DNA of 64,000 nt, taken from contig JAFCEE010000003.1 in NCBI GenBank assembly GCA_017609285.1, positions 11,529-75,528 of the forward strand, in the 5' to 3' direction. The position numbers and the translations under genes are program-made. This document shows positions 38,039 to 47,339 of this stretch, piece after piece. Within the stretch, counting starts at the first letter, position 1. Each line of letters begins with the position of its first letter. This DNA is from Candidatus Pacearchaeota archaeon. GTDB taxonomy: Archaea > Nanobdellota > Nanobdellia > Pacearchaeales > GW2011-AR1. Below the pieces are notes generated by a model. That model had not been told where the DNA came from, did not search any database, and worked only from the letters and a program-made list of their open reading frames with translations.

Positions 38039-39565
38039 TTATTCAATAGGCGGGTGAGAAGCCATGCCATGGGCTTTTTTGTATATATCAAACAAGGTAA
38101 AGCAAGTGCTTATTGCAGAATTTTCTGCTGCTTTTCTAACTAATTTTTCTACATAATTATCTGGCTTTATTTCAGTTATCTTTTCCTTATCTTCTCCCTC
38201 TTTCTTCTTTTCTTCGCTTTTTTCTTTTTTTTCTGTCAATCCAATTAAAGCAGCAAAAGGATTTACATCTTCCCCACTTTTTTTCTTTTCTTCAGCTTCT
38301 TCTTTTTCTCTTTCCTCCTCTTCTTTTAAAAAATAGTTTATATCTTCTTGCAACTCATCGAGTGATTCTTCTGTTGTGCCAGAAACAAGTTTTAAAGCGT
38401 CAGCTAAATCACTTTCATCCAGCTTTTGCTCTAACATTTTTAGTTCATCGTCATTTAAAGCATAAGCTTTAAATGTTACTTCAGCTCTACCACCAAAAAC
38501 ATAATGCTGCCCTACTTTTTGAGGTATTCCTCTAAAAAAGAAATCAACTAACACACAAGAATAATAATCTCTTTTTAATTTAACTTTTTTAAAAGATTCT
38601 GGTAATTCTTTATCTACAATTGCTTGTTCAAAATTCACCTGCTTTTTGCCCAGGAGAGTCAATTCAAGAAGAATAGTATTAAAAGCAGTAACCAAAGAAG
38701 GCTCTCTTCCTACTTCTTTTTGTTCTAATTGTGTGGCTGCTTTTAAATAAGGTTTTGCCCATCTGGAGTAAAGTTTTAAAGCATTTACCTGGCTTTTTAG
38801 ATAAGTTTTTTCAATTTCATATCTCTTTTTTAACTCTCTTTCACTTCTCTTTTTCCATTCAAAAAATTCAGCAAGTCTCGGCTTAAGAATTCTCTTTACT
38901 CTATCATTTAAATCCATCTTATCAACTTCTTCCACTGACTTAGCAACCATAAAAGCATCTCTTATGGTTACAAAATTTAAATCTTGAGCTAACATGTTAA
39001 TACTTCCCCTGCCTCTTTTTATATCAACATTATCCATCCAAATTTGTTTTAAAGCAAGCAAAGCAGATTCAGCTTTCTTTTTATCTTCAGAATGAGAATC
39101 TTTATAATGTTGCAACCTAATCTCGAATTCTTTTAAGTCATAAATTAGATTGATTATGCTTTTTATAACTGTATTTGCATTACCTAAAATTTTCATCGCT
39201 TCTTCTTGCATTCTTGTTGCTTTTCCCATTAGTTCTGAGAAATGTCCTGAGCCAGGAGAGGATGTAAAGTTATCAACTATTTTTTCTACTTTTCCACTAA
39301 ATAAGTCGTTCATTAAGTCAAGAATCCAAAAGTATACTGGCTCAAGAGTTTCAGAAGTTGATTGATAAATTAGTTTATGCTCTTGTGCTGAAGTGGGCTT
39401 TAAATTATACTTTTTCCCCATGTCTTTTAATGCCTGCCAGAAATCTTGTTTTAAAGCTTTTTTAAACCCTGATTTATCTGCAGGTTGATAGTCTTCCTTT
39501 TTTGTGGTATATTTACCTGGATTTATACCTGCAATTACCTTGCTTACATCATCTATAGTTGGCAT
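38039..39565 (-). CDS. Large alpha-helical protein, 508 aa, function unknown (first gene of a three-gene operon)
   Basis: ORF track. Long heptad-like helical stretches, an acidic EEEEREKEEAEEKKK linker, no signal peptide, no P-loop. I cannot place it in any family. Confidence 0.55.
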   Translation of the reverse strand: MPTIDDVSKVIAGINPGKYTTKKEDYQPADKSGFKKALKQDFWQALKDMGKKYNLKPTSAQEHKLIYQSTSETLEPVYFWILDLMNDLFSGKVEKIVDNFTSSPGSGHFSELMGKATRMQEEAMKILGNANTVIKSIINLIYDLKEFEIRLQHYKDSHSEDKKKAESALLALKQIWMDNVDIKRGRGSINMLAQDLNFVTIRDAFMVAKSVEEVDKMDLNDRVKRILKPRLAEFFEWKKRSERELKKRYEIEKTYLKSQVNALKLYSRWAKPYLKAATQLEQKEVGREPSLVTAFNTILLELTLLGKKQVNFEQAIVDKELPESFKKVKLKRDYYSCVLVDFFFRGIPQKVGQHYVFGGRAEVTFKAYALNDDELKMLEQKLDESDLADALKLVSGTTEESLDELQEDINYFLKEEEEREKEEAEEKKKSGEDVNPFAALIGLTEKKEKSEEKKKEGEDKEKITEIKPDNYVEKLVRKAAENSAISTCFTLFDIYKKAHGMASHPPIE

Positions 39566-39651
39566 TTTTCCTCTTTTGCTTTTATAATTATAATCAGTTT
39601 ATATTTAAAAATCTTCGCAAGATTTAAATATTCTTCCTTCTTGAGAGAAAT

Positions 39652-39993
39652 ATGTGGCCATTTAAGAAAAAGAAAGTTTTGGATTTAACTGCGAAGGAAG
39701 TAAAAGTGCCAAAACCTAGTTTAAGTAATGGAGGAGAATATAAAGATTTAACTTCTCCTGTTTCTTCTTCTGCTAATTCAGAATCGGCTTTAGGTTTTCT
39801 TGGTAATTTGGCAAATTCTGTTCAGCCACCAGAAACTTCAACATTGCCCACAGATGAGATGTCTTTAAAACACTTAAAAGTGAGGATAGAAGATATTGAG
39901 TACAAAATAGATAGTTTGAGAAGCAGAATTGATAAGATTTTAGATAGACTTGATCTTGCTGAGAAAAAAATTGATAGAGCAAATAGGATTTAA
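39652..39993 (+). CDS. Small protein with disordered N-terminal half and C-terminal coiled coil, divergent from the 508-aa gene
   Basis: LKHLKVRIEDIEYKIDSLRSRIDKILDRLDLAEKKIDRANRI. The divergent intergenic region contains the palindrome AATCTT-CGC-AAGATT. Confidence 0.45.
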   Translation: MWPFKKKKVLDLTAKEVKVPKPSLSNGGEYKDLTSPVSSSANSESALGFLGNLANSVQPPETSTLPTDEMSLKHLKVRIEDIEYKIDSLRSRIDKILDRLDLAEKKIDRANRI

Positions 39994-40294
39994 TAAAGGG
40001 CAATTAAAGAAAAGTATAACTAATAATAAAATTGTTTTTAAAGTAAGGATATAAATAAGAAAGGTGTAAAATAAAGGTTAAAATGAACGTCCTCCAAACC
40101 CTTTAGGGCTTGGTTTCCTGAGACAAAGGGGGAATTATAAAAAAATCACTCCTCAAGATTCTCGTTTTCTTCAAAGGAATCGTCTTCCTGCTGTATTTTT
40201 GAAGAGAGTTTGGGAAAAATTGTCTCTGGGCTAGACATAAACTATAAAAGTGCAGGAGATATATAAATCTTGTTATAAGTTAGAAAAATGAAAA

Positions 40295-42097
40295 ATGGCA
40301 ATAGTAAAGAAAAGAAAAAAGAAAGGGAAAAGCAAGATAGACTACAAGTATAATCTTAGCGTATACCTTAGCTTTTTGAAAAGGTACAAATGGCTTTTTA
40401 TTTTCCTTTTGTTAATTGGGCTTATAGTAGAAGTAAGTAATGCAGTAGATAAGTTCTTATTTAAGATTATAGTCGATAAAGGGACCGAGTTTGCAGCAGG
40501 AAGCTTACTGAAAGAAAGTTTTGTTAGTATTTTGATTATTGTGGGAATAATTTTTTTGTTACTAGTTTTTTTCAGATTCTTTATTCGTTGGGTTTACATA
40601 CATCTCGTAAACAAACTTGAAGCAGATATTGTTTTAGATATAAAAAGAAAATATTTTGACCATATTTTAACATTATCACATTCTTTTCATATTTCTCATA
40701 AAACAGGAAGCATAATATCTAGGTTGACGAGAAGTGGAGGAGCAGTAGAAAGAATGACTGATGTTTTGATTTTTAGTTTAAGTCCATTAATTTTTAATTT
40801 GATTATTGTCGGGGGGAGCATAATTTATTTTAGTTTAGCTCCAGCGATAGTGATTTTAATAACATCTGTAGTTTTTATTTCCTATAGCTTTTTTATACAG
40901 CAGAAACAAAAGAAGTATTCTGTAAGGGCGAACATAGCAGAAGACAGAGAAAAAGGAAATGTAGCTGATATTTTTACCAATATTGATAGTATAAAGTATT
41001 TTGGCAAGGAGAGATTTGTAAAGAAAAAGTTTAGAAGATTATCTGCAATAACGAGGATGGCTTTTTTAAGAAACTGGAACTTTTATAGGTGGCTTGATTC
41101 TGGTCATGCTCTAATTTTAGGAGTAGGAACTTTTTTCCTCATTTACTTTCCATTGATTCAGTTTTTAAATAAAGAAATTACATTGGGAACTTTGGTATTT
41201 ATTTATACTATTTATGGAAATATATTCTGGCCGTTGTTTAGTTTTGTTCATGGTATAAGAAATTATTATCGAGCAATGGCTGATTTTGATGCTTTATTCA
41301 AATATGGTAAGATAGAGAATGAGGTTAAAGAAAAGCCAAATGCAAAAAAATTGAAAATAAAAAGAGGAGAAATTGAATTTAAGAATATTAGTTTTTATTA
41401 TGGGAGAAGAAATGTTTTTCAGGGTTTTAATCTAAAGATTCCAGCTGGTAAAAAAGTTGCTTTAGTTGGTCATTCGGGGTGTGGTAAGACTACTTTAGTT
41501 AAACTACTTTATAGATTTTATGACCCTCAGTTGGGGGGAATTTTAATTGATGGAAAAAATATCAAAGAGTTTACAAGAGAATCTTTAAGAAGCGAGATGA
41601 GTATAGTTCCTCAAGAGCCTGTTTTGTTTGACGATACCATATATAACAATATTAAATTTTCCAAACCTGATGCTAACAGAAAAGAGGTAATGAGAGCTAT
41701 AAAATTTGCCCAACTTGACAAAATTATACAGAACTTTCCTAAAAAAGAGAGTACAATTGTAGGTGAGAGGGGAGTTAAGTTATCAGCCGGAGAAAAGCAG
41801 AGAGTTTCTATTGCTCGTGCCTTGCTTGCTAATAAGAAAATTTTAGTTTTAGATGAAGCTACTTCAGCTTTAGATTCAAAAACAGAATATGAGATACAGA
41901 AAGCTTTGGAAAAGCTTATGGAAGGAAGGACAAGTATTATAATAGCTCACCGTTTGTCAACTATAATGAAAGCTGACAAGATTGTTGTAATGAAAAAAGG
42001 TAGGATAGTACAACAAGGAAAACATTATCAACTTATTAGGCGGGAAGGAGAGTATAAGAAATTGTGGAATTTGCAAAAAGGAGGTTATATAAAGTAA
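40295..42097 (+). CDS. ABC transporter, fused permease/ATPase (MsbA/multidrug-exporter type)
   Basis: Six-TM N-terminal half. Walker A GHSGCGKTT, signature LSAGEKQRVSIAR, Walker B ILVLDEATSALD, H-loop IIAHRLST. Confidence 0.9.
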   Translation: MAIVKKRKKKGKSKIDYKYNLSVYLSFLKRYKWLFIFLLLIGLIVEVSNAVDKFLFKIIVDKGTEFAAGSLLKESFVSILIIVGIIFLLLVFFRFFIRWVYIHLVNKLEADIVLDIKRKYFDHILTLSHSFHISHKTGSIISRLTRSGGAVERMTDVLIFSLSPLIFNLIIVGGSIIYFSLAPAIVILITSVVFISYSFFIQQKQKKYSVRANIAEDREKGNVADIFTNIDSIKYFGKERFVKKKFRRLSAITRMAFLRNWNFYRWLDSGHALILGVGTFFLIYFPLIQFLNKEITLGTLVFIYTIYGNIFWPLFSFVHGIRNYYRAMADFDALFKYGKIENEVKEKPNAKKLKIKRGEIEFKNISFYYGRRNVFQGFNLKIPAGKKVALVGHSGCGKTTLVKLLYRFYDPQLGGILIDGKNIKEFTRESLRSEMSIVPQEPVLFDDTIYNNIKFSKPDANRKEVMRAIKFAQLDKIIQNFPKKESTIVGERGVKLSAGEKQRVSIARALLANKKILVLDEATSALDSKTEYEIQKALEKLMEGRTSIIIAHRLSTIMKADKIVVMKKGRIVQQGKHYQLIRREGEYKKLWNLQKGGYIK

Positions 42098-42104
42098 AAT
42101 TAAG

Positions 42105-42572
42105 ATGAAACTGAAAATAAGAAAAGCAACTTTAAAAGACGCAAGAAAAATTTCTTATCTTATCAGAGGAACGATTAATAAAATTAATGCTAAGGGTTAT
42201 CCTAAAAAACAATTAGAATATGAATTAAACTGTTATACTACTCTTAAGATAAAAGAATATATCAAAAATAATCTAGTTTTTTGTGCAGTTGATAAGGAAA
42301 AGATAATTGGAGCAATTGTATTCAATTGTAAGGAAAAAACATTAAATTCTTTATATCTTAAACCAACTTATATCGGAAAAGGTTTTGGAAAAGAATTGAT
42401 GAGATTTATAGAAGAGCAAGCAAAAAAGAAAAAAATTAAAGAAATTAAACTATATCCAACAAAATTTGCCCAAAAATTCTATAATAAGCTAGGATATAAA
42501 ATAACAAGAAGATTTATTGGAACCGAGAATGGCGGGTTTCCAGTGATTGAAATGAGGAAGAAGTTAAGATGA
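42105..42572 (+). CDS. GNAT-family N-acetyltransferase
   Basis: LYLKPTYIGKGFGKELMRFIEEQAKKKKIKEIKLY (acetyl-CoA-binding Q/RxxGxG/A-like motif). 155 aa. Confidence 0.75.
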   Translation: MKLKIRKATLKDARKISYLIRGTINKINAKGYPKKQLEYELNCYTTLKIKEYIKNNLVFCAVDKEKIIGAIVFNCKEKTLNSLYLKPTYIGKGFGKELMRFIEEQAKKKKIKEIKLYPTKFAQKFYNKLGYKITRRFIGTENGGFPVIEMRKKLR

Positions 42573-42679
42573 AAAAATGGTAAAATTAGAAAATAACTTC
42601 TTATCAAAATTTTTATTAACTCTATCTTCTATAACGTGCTGACCAAAAGGTTTATATATCAATTGATATATAAATAAAC

Positions 42680-42955
42680 ATGGAAACAAAATTAAAAGAC
42701 AAGAGCATATTTGCAAGATCCCCTACACTTGATACTGTTCTAATGGTAGAAAGGACCATAGAGAAATACTCTGGAGAGTTTAATAGAACAGAATTGTGGA
42801 AAAAACTTCCTAAAAAAGTAATGTGGCAAACATATCTAATAATTCTAGATTATCTTCAGAGTATAAATAAGATTGCTATAAGCAACAACGGTATCCTTGT
42901 ATATATCTGGAGTCCTGAAATAGCAAAAAAATTTGTAAGTAGAAAGAAATATTAG
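42680..42955 (+). CDS. Candidate antitoxin / small wHTH-like protein upstream of a RelE-like gene
   Basis: 91 aa. Its stop lies 1 nt before the downstream start. No strong motif; the assignment is by position only. Confidence 0.35.
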   Translation: METKLKDKSIFARSPTLDTVLMVERTIEKYSGEFNRTELWKKLPKKVMWQTYLIILDYLQSINKIAISNNGILVYIWSPEIAKKFVSRKKY

Positions 42956-42956
42956 A

Positions 42957-43289
42957 ATGAGAATAATAAGGCCCTCAAAAGTTGTATTTGCTGATGGTAA
43001 ACTAGAAGAAGAATTTAAAAATTTAGACGATGACGATGATATAAAAAAATTTATAAAAAGAGCTATTGATGATATTAAGAAAAATGCTTTCTGTGGTATT
43101 CCAATACCTAAAAAACTAATCCCAAAAGAGTATGTAAAGAAATATGGGATTCAAAATTTATGGAAATATGATTTACCAGATGGTTGGAGACTTATTTATA
43201 CAATAACAACACCAAATAAAATTGAGATTATTTCTGTTATACTTGAGTGGTTTAATCATAAATCTTATGAAAGAAGATTTAAATATTAA
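42957..43289 (+). CDS. RelE/ParE-superfamily toxin-like protein
   Basis: C-terminus NLWKYDLPDGWRLIYTITTPNKIEIISVILEWFNHKSYERRF matches the RelE/ParE pattern (lwk.rl..g.RliY.i....i.il.i..H..Y). Confidence 0.55.
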   Translation: MRIIRPSKVVFADGKLEEEFKNLDDDDDIKKFIKRAIDDIKKNAFCGIPIPKKLIPKEYVKKYGIQNLWKYDLPDGWRLIYTITTPNKIEIISVILEWFNHKSYERRFKY

Positions 43290-43299
43290 TTTAAATTAG

Positions 43300-44565
43300 T
43301 TGGATTTGATAGTTAAAATGAAGAAAAAGTGGTTAGCTAAAATAAGAGCTTATGCAATTAAAAATGCTATAGAGCATAATGGTAAGGCAAGAGTCGAGTC
43401 TGTTATATCAGCTTTGTTCCATGAAGGTTTAAAAAAAGAGGAGGTTGGAAAGATTATTAATGAGGTAAAAGAAGAAGTAGAAAAAGTTAATTCTCTCTCT
43501 TTAGAGGAGCAAGAAAAGGAGTTTAGTATAGCGAGGAAATTGATAAGTAAAAGAAAAGAAAGGAAGGGCTTGCCTCCTTTACCTAATGCGAGAAAAGAAA
43601 AAGTAATAATGCGTTTTAGCCCCTCGCCTTCAGGACCCTTGCATATAGGACACGCCGCCACAGCCTGTATTTCTTTTTTATATGTGAAAAAGTATGGTGG
43701 TAAATTTTATGTAAGAATAGAAGACACGAATCCTGAAAATATTTACAAACCAGCATACAAGATGATTGAACAGGATTCAGATTGGTTATTCAATGGAAAA
43801 GCAAAAATAGTGATTCAATCGAAAAGAATGAAACTTTATTACAAATATGCTGAAACACTCATAAAAAAAGGAAAAGCTTATGTTTGTGATTGTAGCGAAA
43901 AAGAAATAAAAGAAAATAGGAAATTAGGAAGAGAGTGTAGCTGCAGACAATTTCCCATAAGTGAACAGAAAAAAAGATGGAAAAAAATGTTGATGTCAGG
44001 CAAAGGAGCATATGGAGAAGGAAAAGCTGTTTTAAGATTCAAATCTGGGATGCAACTCAAAAATCCAGCATTTCGTGACTTTCTGCTTGCAAGAATAAAC
44101 TTAACAAAACATCCTTTACAAGGAAAAAAATTTAGAGTGTGGCCTTTAATGAATTTCGCTGTTGCAGTAGATGATATTGAGCAGAAAATGACTCATATCA
44201 TTAGAGCAAAAGAACATAGAGACAATGCTGAAAAGCAAAAAATGATTTTTAAAGCATTAGGAAAAGAATATCCTTGGACAGCTTTTCTCGGAAGATGGCA
44301 TTTTAAAGATCTTGAACTTTCAACAACAAAAATGAGGAAAGCAATTGAACAGGGAAAATACAAAGACTGGTCTGACCCGAAATTACCCACTCTCCTTTCA
44401 CTAAGAAAACAAGGTTTCAAACCAGAAGCTTTTTGGAAGTTGGCAGAGCAGGTTGGTTTAAGCGAGGCAGATAAAGTAATAAATAAGAAAGAATATTTTC
44501 AATTACTTAGACAATTTAATATCGAAGCAATAAATTTATATAGTAATCTTCTTATAGATGAATAA
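43300..44565 (+). CDS. gltX: Archaeal-type glutamyl-tRNA synthetase lacking the C-terminal anticodon-binding domain (421 aa)
   Basis: N-terminal archaeal GluRS leader (AIKNAIEHNGKARVESV...EKVNSLSLEEQEKEF). HIGH motif FSPSPSGPLHIGHA. IEDTNPE. KMSKS-like LSTTKMRK. WSDPKLPTLLSLRKQGF. It ends about 75 aa after KMSKS, whereas typical archaeal GluRS is about 550 aa. The probable ATG is at 43318. Confidence 0.8.
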   Translation: MDLIVKMKKKWLAKIRAYAIKNAIEHNGKARVESVISALFHEGLKKEEVGKIINEVKEEVEKVNSLSLEEQEKEFSIARKLISKRKERKGLPPLPNARKEKVIMRFSPSPSGPLHIGHAATACISFLYVKKYGGKFYVRIEDTNPENIYKPAYKMIEQDSDWLFNGKAKIVIQSKRMKLYYKYAETLIKKGKAYVCDCSEKEIKENRKLGRECSCRQFPISEQKKRWKKMLMSGKGAYGEGKAVLRFKSGMQLKNPAFRDFLLARINLTKHPLQGKKFRVWPLMNFAVAVDDIEQKMTHIIRAKEHRDNAEKQKMIFKALGKEYPWTAFLGRWHFKDLELSTTKMRKAIEQGKYKDWSDPKLPTLLSLRKQGFKPEAFWKLAEQVGLSEADKVINKKEYFQLLRQFNIEAINLYSNLLIDE

Positions 44566-44583
44566 AGAAAAAAAGGAGGTAAA

Positions 44584-45003
44584 ATGAATAAAAAAGGAAT
44601 ATCAGCTGTTGTCGCAACAATACTCATTGTTTTGCTTTCAGTTGTTGCTGTAACGATTGTGTGGGCTGTTTTAAAACCTGCTATAACAAAAACTGCGTCA
44701 AGGGTTTCTACTAGTTGTATTGAAGTAGATTTGAGCATTGATGAAGCAGATTGCAGTGCAGGAACTGTAAAGGTAACTTTGAATGCAGGGGAAATAAATA
44801 ACTTAAAATTTATTTTTATAAATGACACCGACTCAAATGTTATTACTAAAGAGCCTCTCGGAGAGTTAGAGACAAAAACATATAAATTTACAGCAAAAGA
44901 AGTTGGAAGCGCAGCTTTTGTAAATGTCGCAGCTGTGATTTTATCAGAAGCTAAAGAAGAGATTACCTGTTCGCCTGTTTTATCAGACCCTTTGCCTTGT
45001 TAA
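44584..45003 (+). CDS. Archaeal type IV pilin-like protein (class III signal peptide), ending in a C-terminal Cys
   Basis: MNKKGISAVVATILIVLLSVVAVTIVWAVL (KKG/ISAVVATIL pre-pilin-type N-terminus). Strong GGAGGT 6 nt upstream. It is paralogous to aa 1-140 of the 848-aa protein (shared ...ELETKTY/F...). It ends ...DPLPC. Confidence 0.7.
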   Translation: MNKKGISAVVATILIVLLSVVAVTIVWAVLKPAITKTASRVSTSCIEVDLSIDEADCSAGTVKVTLNAGEINNLKFIFINDTDSNVITKEPLGELETKTYKFTAKEVGSAAFVNVAAVILSEAKEEITCSPVLSDPLPC

Positions 45004-46418
45004 CTTTTTATTTTTTTTATCATATAATTTTTTCCTAGCCGGTAGTTTAACTTTCTATAATACTCTCTAACCCCTATACCAGAAATAACTGCTATCTTCT
45101 TTATATTGTATTTCTCTGCTTCTTTCTCAACAATTTTCTCTGCTTCTTTCATTAATCTTTTTCCTAAACCTTTATGTTGTATTCCTTTCCTTCCTTTTTT
45201 ACCTATTTTTTCTGCCTTACCATAAACATGCAACTCACGAATTAAAGCGGAATTTTTTAGTTCTGGCAAAAATTGTTCTTTTGTTAATCTTAATCTTAAC
45301 AAGCCAAACAGAATATTATTTTTATTCACTGCTTGTAAAAAAATTTCTTTGCCATTTGAAGCTTGATACTCTATTTTCTTTATTTTTATTTTTGTATCTA
45401 TTTCTTCTTTTTTTCTTTTATCTCTCAAAGCAAATCCAATTTCTCTGAATCTTATTTCTTTTAGCTTTATTTTCTTTTTTTTCAATTCTGCTTCAATATC
45501 AGCCCTTAAGTCAATTCTTTCTGTGCCCGCTGTTAAGTATGCTGGTGGAATTTCTCTCATTATACGCATAACTCTACAATATTCAGGAACTATTTTTAAC
45601 ATTTTTATGAGAAGAGATTCTATTTGTTTTTTTGTGTAGGGTTTGTACTTGCCTTTTTTATATTTTTGTTCTAATTGCGAACCTTTCAAAACTTGGCAGG
45701 GGTATATTTTTAGCTGATCTGGTTTATAATTTTGATTTTTGAATAATTCAGAAAACATCTCTAAATCTTTTTTTAAATTACTTCCTGGCAAGCCAGGCAT
45801 AATGTGATAGCCTACTTTGAATCCTGAATTTTTCAGTAGTTTAGTTGCTTTAATCACATCTTCCACAGTATGTCCTCTATTTACTTTCTTGTAAATTTTG
45901 TCGTCAATTGCCTGAACTCCTAGCTCAACTCTTGTTGCTCCAAATTTTAGCATCCTTGAAATTTCTTTTTTTCCGCAAACATCAGGTCTTGTTTCTATAG
46001 CTAAAGCCACACATCTATGTTCTGCTTTTTCATTTAATTTTTTTCCTTCCTGGAGATTCTTAGCTGTTTTATTATTGAGGGCGTCATAACATTTTTTAAT
46101 AAAATTATACTGATATTTTAAAGGATAAGATAAAAAAGTCCCTCCCATAATTATCAACTCGATTTTGTCAGTTGGATGATGCATTAACTTGAAAGCTTTT
46201 AGTCTTGCTTTTACTTGTTTCTCTGGATTATAATCTAACATTTTTGCTCTAATAACTGGAGGAGAAAGAGGAGTATAAGATTGAGGTACGTCAAGAGAAG
46301 GACAATATAAACAAGTTCCATGTTTACATTTTTTAGGCTTACACATTACAGCGATAGGGGTAACCCCTGCTAAAGTCTTGCTTGGTTTTCTCACTTCTCC
46401 TTTTTCTGGAAGTTTCAT
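45000..46418 (-). CDS. elp3: ELP3-like radical-SAM/GNAT tRNA uridine-34 modification enzyme
   Basis: Radical SAM cluster CKHGTCLYCPS. ELP3-type core (ELIIMGGTFLS, VALAIETRPD, TRVELGVQAIDD, GYHIMPGLPGS). C-terminal GNAT IQHKGLGKRLMKEAEKI. Confidence 0.9.
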   Translation of the reverse strand: MKLPEKGEVRKPSKTLAGVTPIAVMCKPKKCKHGTCLYCPSLDVPQSYTPLSPPVIRAKMLDYNPEKQVKARLKAFKLMHHPTDKIELIIMGGTFLSYPLKYQYNFIKKCYDALNNKTAKNLQEGKKLNEKAEHRCVALAIETRPDVCGKKEISRMLKFGATRVELGVQAIDDKIYKKVNRGHTVEDVIKATKLLKNSGFKVGYHIMPGLPGSNLKKDLEMFSELFKNQNYKPDQLKIYPCQVLKGSQLEQKYKKGKYKPYTKKQIESLLIKMLKIVPEYCRVMRIMREIPPAYLTAGTERIDLRADIEAELKKKKIKLKEIRFREIGFALRDKRKKEEIDTKIKIKKIEYQASNGKEIFLQAVNKNNILFGLLRLRLTKEQFLPELKNSALIRELHVYGKAEKIGKKGRKGIQHKGLGKRLMKEAEKIVEKEAEKYNIKKIAVISGIGVREYYRKLNYRLGKNYMIKKIKS

Positions 46419-46623
46419 TTATAAAAAATTCTTTTTTAATTTAAAAATCCTTTCTAATCAGAAAAATTTGTTTTATAAGTTTTCTTTACACAATTTTTCT
46501 AATCTCTTCTTACCTATCTTATTATATAAACAGTAATTAACTGTTCCTTTTTGTTTAGTGTTTCTGCGTCTATTCAAGATTGACAACATCTAAATTAGAT
46601 TTTCTTTAATTCTGATAAGAAAA

Positions 46624-47268
46624 TTAGCCTTTTCTCTTATTTTTCCCTTTTTTCTTCACTTTTCCTTCCGATTCTTTAGAATTTTCTTTTAAAGACTTTA
46701 TCATATTCTGTATCTTTTTTAAATCTTCAGCCCTAATTTTCTTTCTTTTTTCTTCAACAGGCTGTGTTGTTTCTAAACTCGGAACTGCTCTTATGAGTTC
46801 CATTAAAGAATGCTTTTCAAATTTCAAGATACTTTGGTCTGAATCATCTATATGTATTAATAAGATTTCTAAGCCACTTAAAATACATTGTAAGTTCCAT
46901 ATTAGCTTATTGTCCATTATATGCAAAATAGCAATTATCTTTCTTATTTTTTCTGTTACAGTCCTATTTTTCATCTCGTCCTCTACTATACCTTTTAGAG
47001 CTTCTAAATCAGTTTTTGTTTTCACTTTTATTTCAGGAAGTTTTTTCTTTATAGCTTGCCCTGAAATTTTCAGTTTTATTCCCCTATCAATAAAAAAAGT
47101 AGCGATTTTTTTGTTTGGTAAAGCATAATCTATTTGATGTAAATTTTTGTCAGTTTCTAAATCTATAATAAAAAAACCTGCTGCTAAGTATGCTTTGGGA
47201 TTTTTTTGTTTAAACTCCTTAAATTCATCACTTTCATGCAATTTTTCTAGATAGTGTTCGAATTTCAT
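46624..47268 (-). CDS. Hypothetical protein, 214 aa, with a Lys-rich tail
   Basis: ORF track; no motif recognised. Confidence 0.45.
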   Translation of the reverse strand: MKFEHYLEKLHESDEFKEFKQKNPKAYLAAGFFIIDLETDKNLHQIDYALPNKKIATFFIDRGIKLKISGQAIKKKLPEIKVKTKTDLEALKGIVEDEMKNRTVTEKIRKIIAILHIMDNKLIWNLQCILSGLEILLIHIDDSDQSILKFEKHSLMELIRAVPSLETTQPVEEKRKKIRAEDLKKIQNMIKSLKENSKESEGKVKKKGKNKRKG

Positions 47269-47339
47269 TTTTTTAGGCTGCTCCTCTTTTTTCTACTACT
47301 TCTCATTAAGTAAAATGTTTGGTTTTTAATTGTTTTGGT

